Source of the DNA: an uncultured Candidatus Saccharibacteria bacterium
Lineage (GTDB): Bacteria; Patescibacteriota; Minisyncoccia; UBA6257; UBA9933
Direction: 5' to 3'
Length of the DNA: 61,951 bases
Assembly (NCBI GenBank): GCA_964453135.1
Contig: CAYVOL010000004.1
Coordinates: forward strand, 1 to 61,951
Shown: piece after piece, positions 34,341 through 44,291 of the stretch
Layout of the letters: each line of letters opens with the position of its first letter
How positions within the stretch are numbered: the first letter of the stretch is position 1
Position numbers and translations under genes: made by a program
The notes under the pieces: generated by a model
Database searches by the model: none
What the model was told of the DNA's origin: nothing
What the model saw: the letters and a program-made list of their open reading frames with translations, nothing else

Positions 34341-35108
34341 TTATCTTTTCAAACGAGCGAAAAGAGATAAAACGAAAATTGCCGAAGCGGTTAAAATGAA
34401 AAGCGGTCCCGGGGCGAATCCCATTTTATAAGATAGACCCATTCCGATAATCGCGGCGGCAACTCCGAATACAACGCTGTTAATCATAAAAGCGCGCAAA
34501 CTGCGGGAAACGTTTTTCGCCGCGGCCGCGGGAATAATCGTTAGGGCGCCCATCAAAAGAGCGCCTGCGAATTTAATGCCTATCGCCACAGCCAGGGAAA
34601 ACAACAAGAGAAAAAAGAAATCCAACGTTTTGTTGTTAATGCCGGCGGAATGAGCCAGTTCCTCGGATAAAACATTGATAGCCAATTTTTTATACATTGC
34701 TATAACTGCTGAAATGAGAACAAGAGAAAGCATTATGGAAATTAAAGCGTCCGCCGCGGTTAATTGGGTGATATTGCCGAAGAGCGCTTCCAATAAATCT
34801 TCTTTGGGGATAATTAAAACACTGACAGCCAAACTGGAGGTAAACAAAATGCCCGTCAAGGTGTCGGCGGAAAGAGAAGTTTTGTATTTAAGGAACAGAA
34901 TGACGAGAGAAGAGAAAATCAAAAAAGCGAAACCGCCTAAATAGGGATTAAAATTAAATAAAAAGCCCAAAGCCATTCCCGGCAAAGCCACGTGGCTTAA
35001 AGCGTCGCCCATCAAGGCCATTCTTCTTAAAATGACAAAACTGCCCAATAAACTGGCGGCGGCGGCGATAAAGATAACGGCAATGAAAGGTAAGGGATGG
35101 TAAAGCAT
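34341..35108 (-). CDS. znuB: Zn/Mn ABC transporter permease
   Basis: LGSF..LRRMALMGDALSH..LPG, L.GALTIIPAAAA; adjacent to the ATPase gene. Confidence 0.85.
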   Translation of the reverse strand: MLYHPLPFIAVIFIAAAASLLGSFVILRRMALMGDALSHVALPGMALGFLFNFNPYLGGFAFLIFSSLVILFLKYKTSLSADTLTGILFTSSLAVSVLIIPKEDLLEALFGNITQLTAADALISIMLSLVLISAVIAMYKKLAINVLSEELAHSAGINNKTLDFFFLLLFSLAVAIGIKFAGALLMGALTIIPAAAAKNVSRSLRAFMINSVVFGVAAAIIGMGLSYKMGFAPGPLFILTASAIFVLSLFARLKR

Positions 35109-35111
35109 GGA

Positions 35112-35798
35112 TTAATGTCGGTGCTGGTAGATTCCTTTCTCTGATCCGAATACTTTTTTGATAGTTTCTGGCGTAAGAATTTTTTCCGGCTCGCCAAAGC
35201 AGATGTTTTTATGGTTTAAGCACATCACTTTGTCGGCGTATTGGTAGACAATATGCAAATCGTGGGAAATTAAAATAGCGGATAATTTGAATTCTTTTTG
35301 TAATGACTCCAGCGTCTGGTAAATAGACTCTTGTCCGTAGATGTCAACGTCCGCCGTGGGCTCGTCAAATAAAATTATATCGGGATTCTCCAGCAAAGCC
35401 CAGCCGATAAAAAGACGCTGGCGCTGTCCCGCGGATATTTCTCCCAAGCCGGCTTTTAATATCTTTTCCTCCAGCCGGATGTTCGCTAAAATTTCTCTTA
35501 TCCGCTCAGAAGATATTTTCTCGCTCCTTAATTTCAAAAATTCTTCCACGGTCAAGGGAATGGTTTTTTCCACTTCAATTCTTTGGGGCACGTATCCTAT
35601 TTTTATGTTCGGCGCCCATTTTATTTCTCCTTGATGCGGCAGGAATCCTAAAAGAGCCTTGAAGAGCGTGGTTTTTCCGGCGCCATTGGGGCCGATAATC
35701 GCCAAAGATTCGCCTTGCTCCACTTCAAAATTTATATCTTCCAAGACGACATCTTTGTCAATGGCGACCTTCAAATTTTTTACTTCCAGAATTTGCAT
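35112..35798 (-). CDS. znuC: Zn/Mn ABC transporter ATP-binding protein
   Basis: GPNGAGKTT, IGYVPQR, ISAGQRQR, DEPT..D, SHDL, CLN...CFGEP and His-rich C-terminus. Confidence 0.85.
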   Translation of the reverse strand: MQILEVKNLKVAIDKDVVLEDINFEVEQGESLAIIGPNGAGKTTLFKALLGFLPHQGEIKWAPNIKIGYVPQRIEVEKTIPLTVEEFLKLRSEKISSERIREILANIRLEEKILKAGLGEISAGQRQRLFIGWALLENPDIILFDEPTADVDIYGQESIYQTLESLQKEFKLSAILISHDLHIVYQYADKVMCLNHKNICFGEPEKILTPETIKKVFGSEKGIYQHRH

Positions 35799-35894
35799 AA
35801 TAAAATATTATAGCATAAAATTTTATAACGTATAATTTGTATCTTGCGGCGCATCTTATGTTGTAAGATGCGCGTTACATGCTACACGATTAGA

Positions 35895-36935
35895 ATGGAA
35901 ATTATTTTTTTTATCATCATACTTGTTGTGCTGATGGCGGGATTGTGGTGGCTAAAAAAAAGTCTTTCCCGTCCAGCCAAAGACGACTCCGCCTCTTTGC
36001 TTTTGCTTCAAAACCAAATTAACGAAATCACCAAAACTTTGGATTCTAAATTAAGCGAATCCACCCGCATTATCCAGCATCAGTTCGGCGAAAGCAGCCG
36101 CCTCATCAGGGAAATAACCCAGGAACTTACGCGCGTGGGAGAAGGGCAAAAACAGGTGGTGGATGTGGCGAAGCAATTGGAAGATTTACAGGATATTCTT
36201 AAAAATCCTAAACAGCGCGGCGTTTTAGGCGAGTATTTTTTGAAAACCGTTCTGGAAAATGTTCTTCCGCCGGGAAGTTTCCAGATGCAGTATGAATTTA
36301 AAGACGGCAATATTGTTGACGCCGCTATTTTCGTCAAAGACAAAATCATCGCCGTTGATTCAAAATTTTCTCTGGAAAATTACAATCGTCTTTTGGAGGT
36401 CAGAGACGAAACAGAGAAGCAGAAATTGGAATCCGCTTTTCGCGAAGACCTTAAAGCGCGCATTGATGAGACCTCTAAATACATCAAGCCCGCGGAAAAT
36501 ACGATGGAATTCGCTTTCATGTTCATTCCTTCGGAAGCGGTTTACTACGATTTGCTTATCAATAAAGTCGGTTCGGTGAAATCCAGCACCCGAGATTTGA
36601 TTGAATACGCCGCCGGAGAGAAAAAAGTGATGATAGTTTCACCCAGCACTTTTTTGGCTTATCTTCAAACCGTTTTACAGGGGTTGAAAGCTTTGCAGAT
36701 AGAAGAATCAGCCAAAGAAATAAGGCGAAGAGTAATTGAACTGGGAAGACACCTGTCTAATTACGAAGATTATATGAAAAAAATAGGAGTTCATTTGGGA
36801 ACAACAGTGAATATGTACAATAGCGCTTATAAAGAATTGGGCAAAATAGACAAAGACGTTTTACGCATTACGGGCGAAGCGGCCGGCCTGGAGCCTTCTC
36901 TCGTAAACAAGCCGTCGCAGGAGGACGAGGATTAA
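35895..36935 (+). CDS. rmuC: DNA recombination protein RmuC (start ATG 35895)
   Basis: N-terminal TM, coiled coil, K.RG.LGE..L..VLE, VDSKF, TMEFAFMFIPSE, SP.T. Confidence 0.9.
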   Translation: MEIIFFIIILVVLMAGLWWLKKSLSRPAKDDSASLLLLQNQINEITKTLDSKLSESTRIIQHQFGESSRLIREITQELTRVGEGQKQVVDVAKQLEDLQDILKNPKQRGVLGEYFLKTVLENVLPPGSFQMQYEFKDGNIVDAAIFVKDKIIAVDSKFSLENYNRLLEVRDETEKQKLESAFREDLKARIDETSKYIKPAENTMEFAFMFIPSEAVYYDLLINKVGSVKSSTRDLIEYAAGEKKVMIVSPSTFLAYLQTVLQGLKALQIEESAKEIRRRVIELGRHLSNYEDYMKKIGVHLGTTVNMYNSAYKELGKIDKDVLRITGEAAGLEPSLVNKPSQEDED

Positions 36936-37057
36936 CTTCGCGACAATTCTCCGGTACACTCGTTCTAAGGGATTCAGTAAACTTGATATCTACTTCAAAT
37001 CTTATATTCTGATGTTATTATCGCGTCGCAACTTACGAGGCGCGCGTTTTACGCTTT

Positions 37058-39625
37058 ATGGAAGAAAAAATAATCATTAAAGGAGCGAGGGTCCATAATT
37101 TGAAAAACATCAGTTTGGAAATCCCGAAAAATAAAATGGTTATTTTTACCGGCGTTTCGGGCAGCGGAAAATCGTCTCTGGCCTTTGACACGATTTTCGC
37201 CGAAGGCCAAAGAAGATACATTGAATCTTTATCGCCTTACGCGCGCCAATTTTTGGGACAGATGGACCGGCCGGACGTTGACGAAATTACCGGCCTTTCT
37301 CCGGCCATTGCCATAGACCAGCGGGCGCTTTCGCATAATCCGCGCTCTATTGTGGGAACGCTTACGGAAATTTACGATTATTTAAGAGTGCTTTACGCCC
37401 GTTTGGGGGAAATCCATTGTCCTCAGTGCGGAGCGAAAATTGAAAAACTTTCCTTGGATGAAATGGTTGACATTATAAAAGACAAAGCTAAAGAATTAGA
37501 GCAAAATACGGCAACAATTTTATCGCCCGTTGTGATGGGCAGGAAAGGGGAATACTATCAGTTGCTTTACAATTTTTTATCATTGGGATTTAGCGAGGCG
37601 CGCGTGGACGGAAAATTTGTTTCTCTCCATGACAGGATAGAATTGTCTCGCTACAAAATGCACAACATCGAAATTGTGATTGACAAAACGCTTGTCAGCG
37701 ACGAAAGCCGCTTGTTTGAGGCGCTGGAGACAGCGCTGGACCACAGCAAGGGACTGGCTCTAATTCTTTTAGATGAGTCACGGGGCAATTCAGCGTCAGT
37801 TTCGCGCGGTTTAGGGACGCAGGAGTTCATTCTTTCCAGTAAATGGACTTGTCCAAATGATAATTTTTCTTTTCCCGAAGTGGAACCGCGCTTATTTTCT
37901 TTTAACAGCCCTTACGGCGCTTGCGAAAATTGCCATGGCTTGGGGAAAACAGATTTATTTTTGAAAACAATCTGTCCGGCTTGCCAAGGGAAGCGGTTAA
38001 AACCGGAAACTTTGGGCGTAAGAATCAAAGGCAAAAACATTTGGGAAATAACTTCCTTGACCATTGACAAGTGCCACGATTTTTTTGTCCATTACCGGAA
38101 AAATCTCAATGAACGGGAGAAAAAAATCGCGGAAAATGTTTTGAAAGAAATAATCGGCCGGCTCCAGTTTCTTTTGGAAGTCGGGCTGGATTATATTTCG
38201 CTGGACAGGGAAGCGGAAACTTTAAGCGGCGGCGAGGCGCAGAGGATAAGACTGGCGTCGCAAATCGGCTCCCAGCTCTCCGGCGCGCTTTATGTCTTGG
38301 ACGAGCCGACCATCGGCCTTCACGAGCGCGATACCGAGAGATTGATTAAAACATTGAAAGTTTTGAAAGAGCAAAATAATACGCTCATCGTGGTGGAACA
38401 CGACGAAAAAACAATTCATGCCGCGGATTATTTGGTTGACTTGGGTCCTTTAGCCGGAAGGCAGGGAGGAGAAGTGGTGGCGCAGGGAGAAATAAAAACT
38501 TTTTTTAAATCAGCGAAGAAAGAGGAAAAGTTTCCCCGTTCTTTGACCTTGAAATATTTGAAAGGGGAGGAGAATATCGCGCTTCCGGAAAATCGCCGAG
38601 CCAAACAAGCGGAGAAAATTAAAATTATAGGCGCCCGGGCGAATAATTTGAACAACATTGACGTGGAAATTCCTTTGAGGAAGCTGGTGTGTTTTACCGG
38701 CGTTTCCGGCAGCGGTAAATCTTCTTTGGTGCACGATGTTTTATACGAAAATCTGGCGAATATCAAAAGTCATTTCAGCGAAGCAACGAGAGGATTGAAG
38801 AATGTCAGCAAAATTTTGGGCAGTGAATACATTGATAAAATAGTGATGGTTGACCAGTCGCCCATCGGTCGCACGCCGCGTTCCAATCCCGCCACTTATA
38901 CCGGCATCTGGACTCCCATCAGGGATTTTTACGCTTCTTTGGAGGAAGCGCGCGCCAGAGGGTATTCGGCTTCCCGCTTTTCTTTCAATGTTTCTTCCCA
39001 AGCTGGCGGCGGACGCTGCGAGGCTTGCGACGGCGCCGGATTTAATCTGGTGGAAATGCATTTTCTGCCGGCGGTGAAAGTCGCCTGCGATGTCTGCCGC
39101 GGAAAAAGATTTAACCGCGAAACTTTGCAGGTGAAGCATAACAAAAAAAATGTTCACGATGTTTTGGAAATGACCATTGACGAAGCGGTTGATTTTTTTG
39201 ACGGCATTTATCTTATAACCGACAAACTGAAAGTTCTGCGGGAGGTGGGCTTGGGGTATCTGCAGTTGGGCCAATCCGCCACCACCTTGTCTGGCGGCGA
39301 AGCGCAAAGAATAAAATTGGCTCGCGAGCTTACGCATCCTTTGGGAAAGAGAGCGTTATATCTTTTGGATGAGCCGACAGTGGGACTTCATTATTACGAT
39401 ATAGACGCGCTTCTGAAAGTTTTCAATAAATTGATTGATAAGGGCAACACCGTGGTTGTGATTGAACATAACATGCAGGTGATAAAGATGGCGGATTACG
39501 TGATTGACTTGGGGCCCGAAGGAGGAGAAAATGGCGGAAAGGTAGTGGCTTGCGGCGCGCCGGAAGAAATCGCTAAAAACAAAAACTCCTGGACCGGCGC
39601 GTATTTGAAAGAGTATTTATCATGA
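37058..39625 (+). CDS. uvrA: Excinuclease ABC subunit A lacking the insertion domain
   Basis: Two GVSGSGKSS Walker A motifs, [12 protein letters not shown] twice, DEPT, zinc-binding CxxC motifs. Confidence 0.96.
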   Translation: MEEKIIIKGARVHNLKNISLEIPKNKMVIFTGVSGSGKSSLAFDTIFAEGQRRYIESLSPYARQFLGQMDRPDVDEITGLSPAIAIDQRALSHNPRSIVGTLTEIYDYLRVLYARLGEIHCPQCGAKIEKLSLDEMVDIIKDKAKELEQNTATILSPVVMGRKGEYYQLLYNFLSLGFSEARVDGKFVSLHDRIELSRYKMHNIEIVIDKTLVSDESRLFEALETALDHSKGLALILLDESRGNSASVSRGLGTQEFILSSKWTCPNDNFSFPEVEPRLFSFNSPYGACENCHGLGKTDLFLKTICPACQGKRLKPETLGVRIKGKNIWEITSLTIDKCHDFFVHYRKNLNEREKKIAENVLKEIIGRLQFLLEVGLDYISLDREAETLSGGEAQRIRLASQIGSQLSGALYVLDEPTIGLHERDTERLIKTLKVLKEQNNTLIVVEHDEKTIHAADYLVDLGPLAGRQGGEVVAQGEIKTFFKSAKKEEKFPRSLTLKYLKGEENIALPENRRAKQAEKIKIIGARANNLNNIDVEIPLRKLVCFTGVSGSGKSSLVHDVLYENLANIKSHFSEATRGLKNVSKILGSEYIDKIVMVDQSPIGRTPRSNPATYTGIWTPIRDFYASLEEARARGYSASRFSFNVSSQAGGGRCEACDGAGFNLVEMHFLPAVKVACDVCRGKRFNRETLQVKHNKKNVHDVLEMTIDEAVDFFDGIYLITDKLKVLREVGLGYLQLGQSATTLSGGEAQRIKLARELTHPLGKRALYLLDEPTVGLHYYDIDALLKVFNKLIDKGNTVVVIEHNMQVIKMADYVIDLGPEGGENGGKVVACGAPEEIAKNKNSWTGAYLKEYLS

Positions 39626-40794
39626 AGTCTATAAAAGACAAAGCGAAAAAATTTCCGCTCTCATCGGGAGTTTATTTATTTTTGGATAAAAATAAAAATG
39701 TTCTTTATGTCGGCCGGGCAATTTCTTTAAGAAGGCGAGTTTTAAATTATTTTAGTAGCAACATTGACTCGCGCATTCGGGAGATGGTCGCGCTGGCAAA
39801 GAGTATCAAATACCTTAAAACAGATTCTCTGCTGGAAGCGGTTATTCTGGAAGCTAACTTAATTAAAAAATATTGGCCGAAATATAACGTCAAAGAAAAA
39901 GACGACCGTTCGTTCATTTATATTGCCATAGACGAATCCCAAGATTTTCCCGAGCCGATTATTTTACGCGGGAAAGAAATTGATAGAAAAATAACAGCCA
40001 AAAATTTCCGCTTATTCGGACCCTACCAAAGTTTGTCTTTGGTTAATAACGCTTTGAAAATCATCAGGCGGATTTTCCCTTACAGCACATGCAAAGCGGG
40101 GCATCCTTGTTTTTATTATCAAATCGGCTTGTGTCCGGGCAGGTGCATCGGGGCGGTTTCCAAGAATGATTATCGGAAAAACATTAAAAATATAATCTTG
40201 CTTTTGGAAGGCAAGCGTAAAAAATTGCTGGAAAAATTAAAGAAAGAAAATCCGGAAAAAGCCAAAGCGCTGGAGCATATTCAGGATGTGGCTCTTTTGG
40301 AAAAAAACGGAGAAAAAAATTTGAATGTAGAATTGGGAATTTTAAGCGGGCGCATAGAGGGCTATGACATTTCCCACTTATCCGGCAAAGAAACTGCCGG
40401 AGCGATGGTTGTTTTTATAAACGCTGAACCAGAAAAAAACCAATACCGCAAATTTTTAATTCATTCAGCCGCTAACAACGATTTGCTGGCTTTGGAAGAA
40501 ACAATCTTGCGCCGCTTGCGCCATAAAGAATGGCCGCTTCCCAATTTTATTTTAATTGACGGCGGAAGGCCGCAGGTCAGCCATATTTCTAAAGTTTTAG
40601 TAAGGGAAAAGATAGAGATTCCTTTCGCGGGCATTTCCAAGCTTGCCGGTGACAAATTGGTTTTTCCGAAAGGAATAGATAAGTCTGTTAAAAAATTGTT
40701 GGAATCACGAAAAGAAATCTTATTAAAATTGCGCGACGAAGCCCACAGATTTGCCATTTCTTTCAGCCGGCAGAAAAGAAAAATCAAACAATGA
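39622..40794 (+). CDS. uvrC: Excinuclease ABC subunit C, compact form
   Basis: N-terminal GIY-YIG (GVYLF...YVGRA..L..RV.NYF), RNase H-like domain (IEGYDISH, LIDGG..Q), ending RDEAHRFA with no HhH domain. Confidence 0.9.
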   Translation: MKSIKDKAKKFPLSSGVYLFLDKNKNVLYVGRAISLRRRVLNYFSSNIDSRIREMVALAKSIKYLKTDSLLEAVILEANLIKKYWPKYNVKEKDDRSFIYIAIDESQDFPEPIILRGKEIDRKITAKNFRLFGPYQSLSLVNNALKIIRRIFPYSTCKAGHPCFYYQIGLCPGRCIGAVSKNDYRKNIKNIILLLEGKRKKLLEKLKKENPEKAKALEHIQDVALLEKNGEKNLNVELGILSGRIEGYDISHLSGKETAGAMVVFINAEPEKNQYRKFLIHSAANNDLLALEETILRRLRHKEWPLPNFILIDGGRPQVSHISKVLVREKIEIPFAGISKLAGDKLVFPKGIDKSVKKLLESRKEILLKLRDEAHRFAISFSRQKRKIKQ

Positions 40795-40974
40795 TTTTAT
40801 TATCTTGCCTGCGCCATAGTCGCGCGTCTGCCACTTGCTTTTCATTGCCATATATGCTATATTAAAAACGAAAGTAGGTTCTCATCGCGTTTCTCTTAAT
40901 CCGCTCTATAAACTTGAGCGAGGGGCGAGACAAATTGGATGAGGCGGTCGCCCTACAAAAATTAACACATCAAG

Positions 40975-41292
40975 ATGGCTAAAAGATTATATATTGGCGG
41001 TCTTCCGTATTCCACTACCGATGAAGAATTGAAGAATTCTTTTTCCGAAGCCGGAGTCGTAACTTCAGCCAATGTCATTATTGACAAAATGACGGGCCGC
41101 TCGCGCGGTTTCGGATTTGTGGAAATGGAGAACGACGATGAAGCGGATAAAGCGATTGAAATGTTCAACGGAAAAGAAATGGGAGGAAGAAAAATCATCG
41201 TTAACGAAGCCCGCCCCATGAACGCCGAAAGAGGCGAGAGGTCATTCGGCGGAGGACGCCGGGACTTCCGGGGAGGAGGACGAAGATACTAA
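40975..41292 (+). CDS. RRM-domain RNA-binding protein with Gly/Arg-rich tail
   Basis: RNP2 LYIGGL, RNP1 RGFGFVEM, VNEARP and RGG-like tail. Confidence 0.93.
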   Translation: MAKRLYIGGLPYSTTDEELKNSFSEAGVVTSANVIIDKMTGRSRGFGFVEMENDDEADKAIEMFNGKEMGGRKIIVNEARPMNAERGERSFGGGRRDFRGGGRRY

Positions 41293-41323
41293 ACCTTTTC
41301 AGGACGTCAATGTGAAAACAAGG

Positions 41324-41358
41324 GCCGTCCCGCTATGGCGGGGCGGTTTTTGTTTTTT
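41324..41358 (+). terminator. Intrinsic terminator
   Basis: GCCGTCCCGC-tatg-GCGGGGCGGT followed by a T-tract. Confidence 0.8.
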
Positions 41359-41473
41359 GTGCCGCCTCTCGTCGGTCTTCTGGCGTGCTCTTGCCAAAAA
41401 TAATTAACTTTTTATAATTAAAGAAAAGTCGCGTTAATTATCAGGTTGCTTTGTGGTTGCTTTGTTAATTTTT

Positions 41474-42274
41474 ATGGATACCACAATAAAAAACATTATT
41501 GGCTGGGCCGCGATAATCGGCATTTTGGCCGGTATTTATTTCGTCGTTGTTTACGCCAATTCTTATTCTCAATCTGTTGAGTTTTCGTCTTCGCGCAGTT
41601 TTTCAGTAAGCGGAGAAGGGAAAGTAGCCGCTATTCCTGACATCGCCTCATTTACTTTCAGCGTTATTAGCGAAGGGAAAGATATTGCTGGTATCCAAAA
41701 AGACAATACCGAAAAAACCAATAGCATTATCGCGTTTATAAAATCAAAAGGTGTGGAAGACAAAGACATTAAGACGCAAAATTACAATCTTGAGCCTCGC
41801 TATCAGTATTATTCCTGTCCGACTCCGCTGGCAAAAGGAACTTCTCCGGAATCGTTTCCCATTAGGCCGTGCCCTCCGGCGGAAATTGTCGGTTATACCA
41901 TTACTCAAACCGTTTCCGTTAAAATAAGAAATTTCAGTAAGATAGGGGATATCCTTTCCGGCGTTGTTCAAAAAGGAGCTAATCAAACATCGCAATTAGA
42001 ATTTACGATTGACGACGCGGCGGCTCTGCAGAATAAAGCCAAGCAGGAAGCCATTGAAAAGGCAAGGAGACAGGCAGAGGCAATCGCTCAAGCCGGCGGA
42101 TTCAAAATAGGGCGGCTTATTTCCGTTGATGAGAGTGCCGTTTTTCCTTATCCGATGGCGATGTCTAGAGGAGCAGCCGTTTACGCTGAAAAATCCACGG
42201 TGGCGCCGCCTGTTATTGAACCGGGCTCCCAGGAAATCATTGCCACGGTCACTTTACGATACGAAATTAGATAA
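41474..42274 (+). CDS. SIMPL (DUF541) domain protein (start ATG 41474 or GTG 41453)
   Basis: N-terminal TM, SV.GEGKV...PD.A, G...KDI.T..Y...P.Y, EA...A..QAE..A..G..IG, PG.QE....V...YE. Confidence 0.88.
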   Translation: MDTTIKNIIGWAAIIGILAGIYFVVVYANSYSQSVEFSSSRSFSVSGEGKVAAIPDIASFTFSVISEGKDIAGIQKDNTEKTNSIIAFIKSKGVEDKDIKTQNYNLEPRYQYYSCPTPLAKGTSPESFPIRPCPPAEIVGYTITQTVSVKIRNFSKIGDILSGVVQKGANQTSQLEFTIDDAAALQNKAKQEAIEKARRQAEAIAQAGGFKIGRLISVDESAVFPYPMAMSRGAAVYAEKSTVAPPVIEPGSQEIIATVTLRYEIR

Positions 42275-42451
42275 GTATCAAGTATCAGGTGTCAAGTATC
42301 AAGCGTTGGGTTAGGGGCAGGCGTCGGGTGTTAAGCGTTAGTTTTATATTTAACGGTAATCGCTGATTTATCAAACCGCGATATTTGCCAAGTTTACTGA
42401 AATCAATACCTCGCAACTTTATAAATTTTACGAACTTTATAAACTATCTAA

Positions 42452-44212
42452 ATGACGCCCGTTGAGCAAATCAAAGAAAAATTGGATATTGCGGAATTTA
42501 TCCGTCAATACGCGGAGTTAAAGCCGGCGGGGAAAAATTTCAAAGCCAACTGTCCGTTTCACAAGGAAAAAACTCCTTCTTTTATCGTGTCGCCGGAAAG
42601 GCAGACTTGGCATTGTTTCGGTTCCTGCTCTGAAGGCGGCGATATTTTCAAGTTTTTGATGAAATATGAAAATATTGAGTTTTATGAAGCGCTGAAAATT
42701 TTGGCGGAAAAAGCCGGAGTGGAATTGAAAAGAACCAGCCCGCAGGACCAGAAGCAATTTGGCGTTTTGTATGACATCAACGAAAGCGCCAAAGATTTTT
42801 TTAAGAAACGGCTGGGGCAAAATTCTCGCGGCCAAAAGTATTTTCAGGAACGAGGGTTAAAACCGGAAACCATAGAAGAATTTGAACTGGGAATGTCGCC
42901 CGAGGGTTTTGACGAGCTTACTATTCATCTCATTAATCTCGGCTATGACGTTAAAGATATTGAACGGGCCGGCTTGAATTTCAAAAGCGAGCGGGGAACG
43001 TATATTGACCGCTTCCGCAACCGCCTGATGTTCCCCGTTTACAACCATTTCAATAAAGTGGCGGCGTTTTCCGGAAGAATTCTGCCCGAGTTGGACAACG
43101 GCGAAACAGGAAAATATGTAAATAGTCCGGAAACTTTCATTTACAGCAAATCAAAAATCCTTTACGGATTTTCCAAATCAAAAAATTTCATTCATCAGGA
43201 GCGGGAAGCTGTTTTGGTTGAGGGACAAATGGATTTTTTGATGCTTTGGCAGAGCGGCATTAAAAATATCGCCGCCACTTCTGGCACCGCCTTGACTCAG
43301 GAGCACTTAAAATCGTTAAAACGCCAGACGGAGAATCTTGTTTTTTGCTTTGACAGCGACGAAGCCGGTTTGAAAGCCGCGGAACGCAGCATAGATTTGG
43401 CCAATGGCCTTGATTTCAATGTCAAAATTTTAACCCTTAAAGATTATAAAGATCCGGCGGAAGCTGCTCTTAGCGCGGCCGATAAATTACCGCAATTGAT
43501 AAGAAGCGGCAAATCGGCTATGGATTTTTATTTTGAGCGGTATCTCTCCGGCGGTTCATTGGGAGGGGAAACCAGTGGCGATTCGCGCGGAGATTTCGGC
43601 AAGTTGAAAAATAGCATCAGAATTATTTTGGGAAAAATAAAAAATTTAGGCAGCGCCTTGGAGCGCAGCCGCTGGCTGAAAGAATTGTCTTCCCGGGTTA
43701 ATATTTCCGAGAGCGCCCTTTTGGAAGAAATGGAAAGGATAAACAGCAATTTTTCGGCAAGCGCCTCTGTTTCTATCACGGCCAATCCGTCTGCTTTTCA
43801 GCCTTTTAACGGCAGCCGCTGGGATTTGGTGGCGGAAAGACTGATAATTTTATCCCACCTTAATTCCGGTTTTAATGACAAGGCGTCTGAATGCCTCGGA
43901 TATTTTCCGGAGAAATACAAAACTATTTTTTTCAAGGAAGATCTTTTGCCTCAATTGCCGGAAGAAGCGCAAAAAATAAAAGAACGGCTGGAATCTCTTT
44001 CCGCTCTGGAATCTGAAAAAGACGTTCAATTATTGTCCAAAGAGTTTGACGAACTAATAGAACAGCTGAAAAACGAATCTGCCAAAGAAAAAAAGAAAAC
44101 TTTGCTGGAGATTATCAGGAAGGCGGAAAGAAACAAAGACGAAGAAAAATTAAGCAAAGCGCTTTGTGAGTTTGACGGACTGGTAAAATCGGGCTATACT
44201 GAAAATTCTTAA
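42452..44212 (+). CDS. dnaG: DNA primase
   Basis: CPFH.EKTPSF...WHCFG.C zinc finger, DRFRNR.MFP, KY.NSPET, TOPRIM VEGQMD...FDSD.AG..AA, KDP. Confidence 0.96.
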   Translation: MTPVEQIKEKLDIAEFIRQYAELKPAGKNFKANCPFHKEKTPSFIVSPERQTWHCFGSCSEGGDIFKFLMKYENIEFYEALKILAEKAGVELKRTSPQDQKQFGVLYDINESAKDFFKKRLGQNSRGQKYFQERGLKPETIEEFELGMSPEGFDELTIHLINLGYDVKDIERAGLNFKSERGTYIDRFRNRLMFPVYNHFNKVAAFSGRILPELDNGETGKYVNSPETFIYSKSKILYGFSKSKNFIHQEREAVLVEGQMDFLMLWQSGIKNIAATSGTALTQEHLKSLKRQTENLVFCFDSDEAGLKAAERSIDLANGLDFNVKILTLKDYKDPAEAALSAADKLPQLIRSGKSAMDFYFERYLSGGSLGGETSGDSRGDFGKLKNSIRIILGKIKNLGSALERSRWLKELSSRVNISESALLEEMERINSNFSASASVSITANPSAFQPFNGSRWDLVAERLIILSHLNSGFNDKASECLGYFPEKYKTIFFKEDLLPQLPEEAQKIKERLESLSALESEKDVQLLSKEFDELIEQLKNESAKEKKKTLLEIIRKAERNKDEEKLSKALCEFDGLVKSGYTENS

Positions 44213-44291
44213 TTGGCAAGTTCAGCCTCAATTATTTTATAAACGGCCGTTGCCTTTTTATTTTCCTCCGTAATTGGCCGTGAGTTTGTTT

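Noticed and set aside
39622-39900. UvrC GIY-YIG domain as a second repeat-associated nuclease
   Set aside because: It is the normal N-terminal domain of UvrC, coupled to uvrA, with no flanking repeats.
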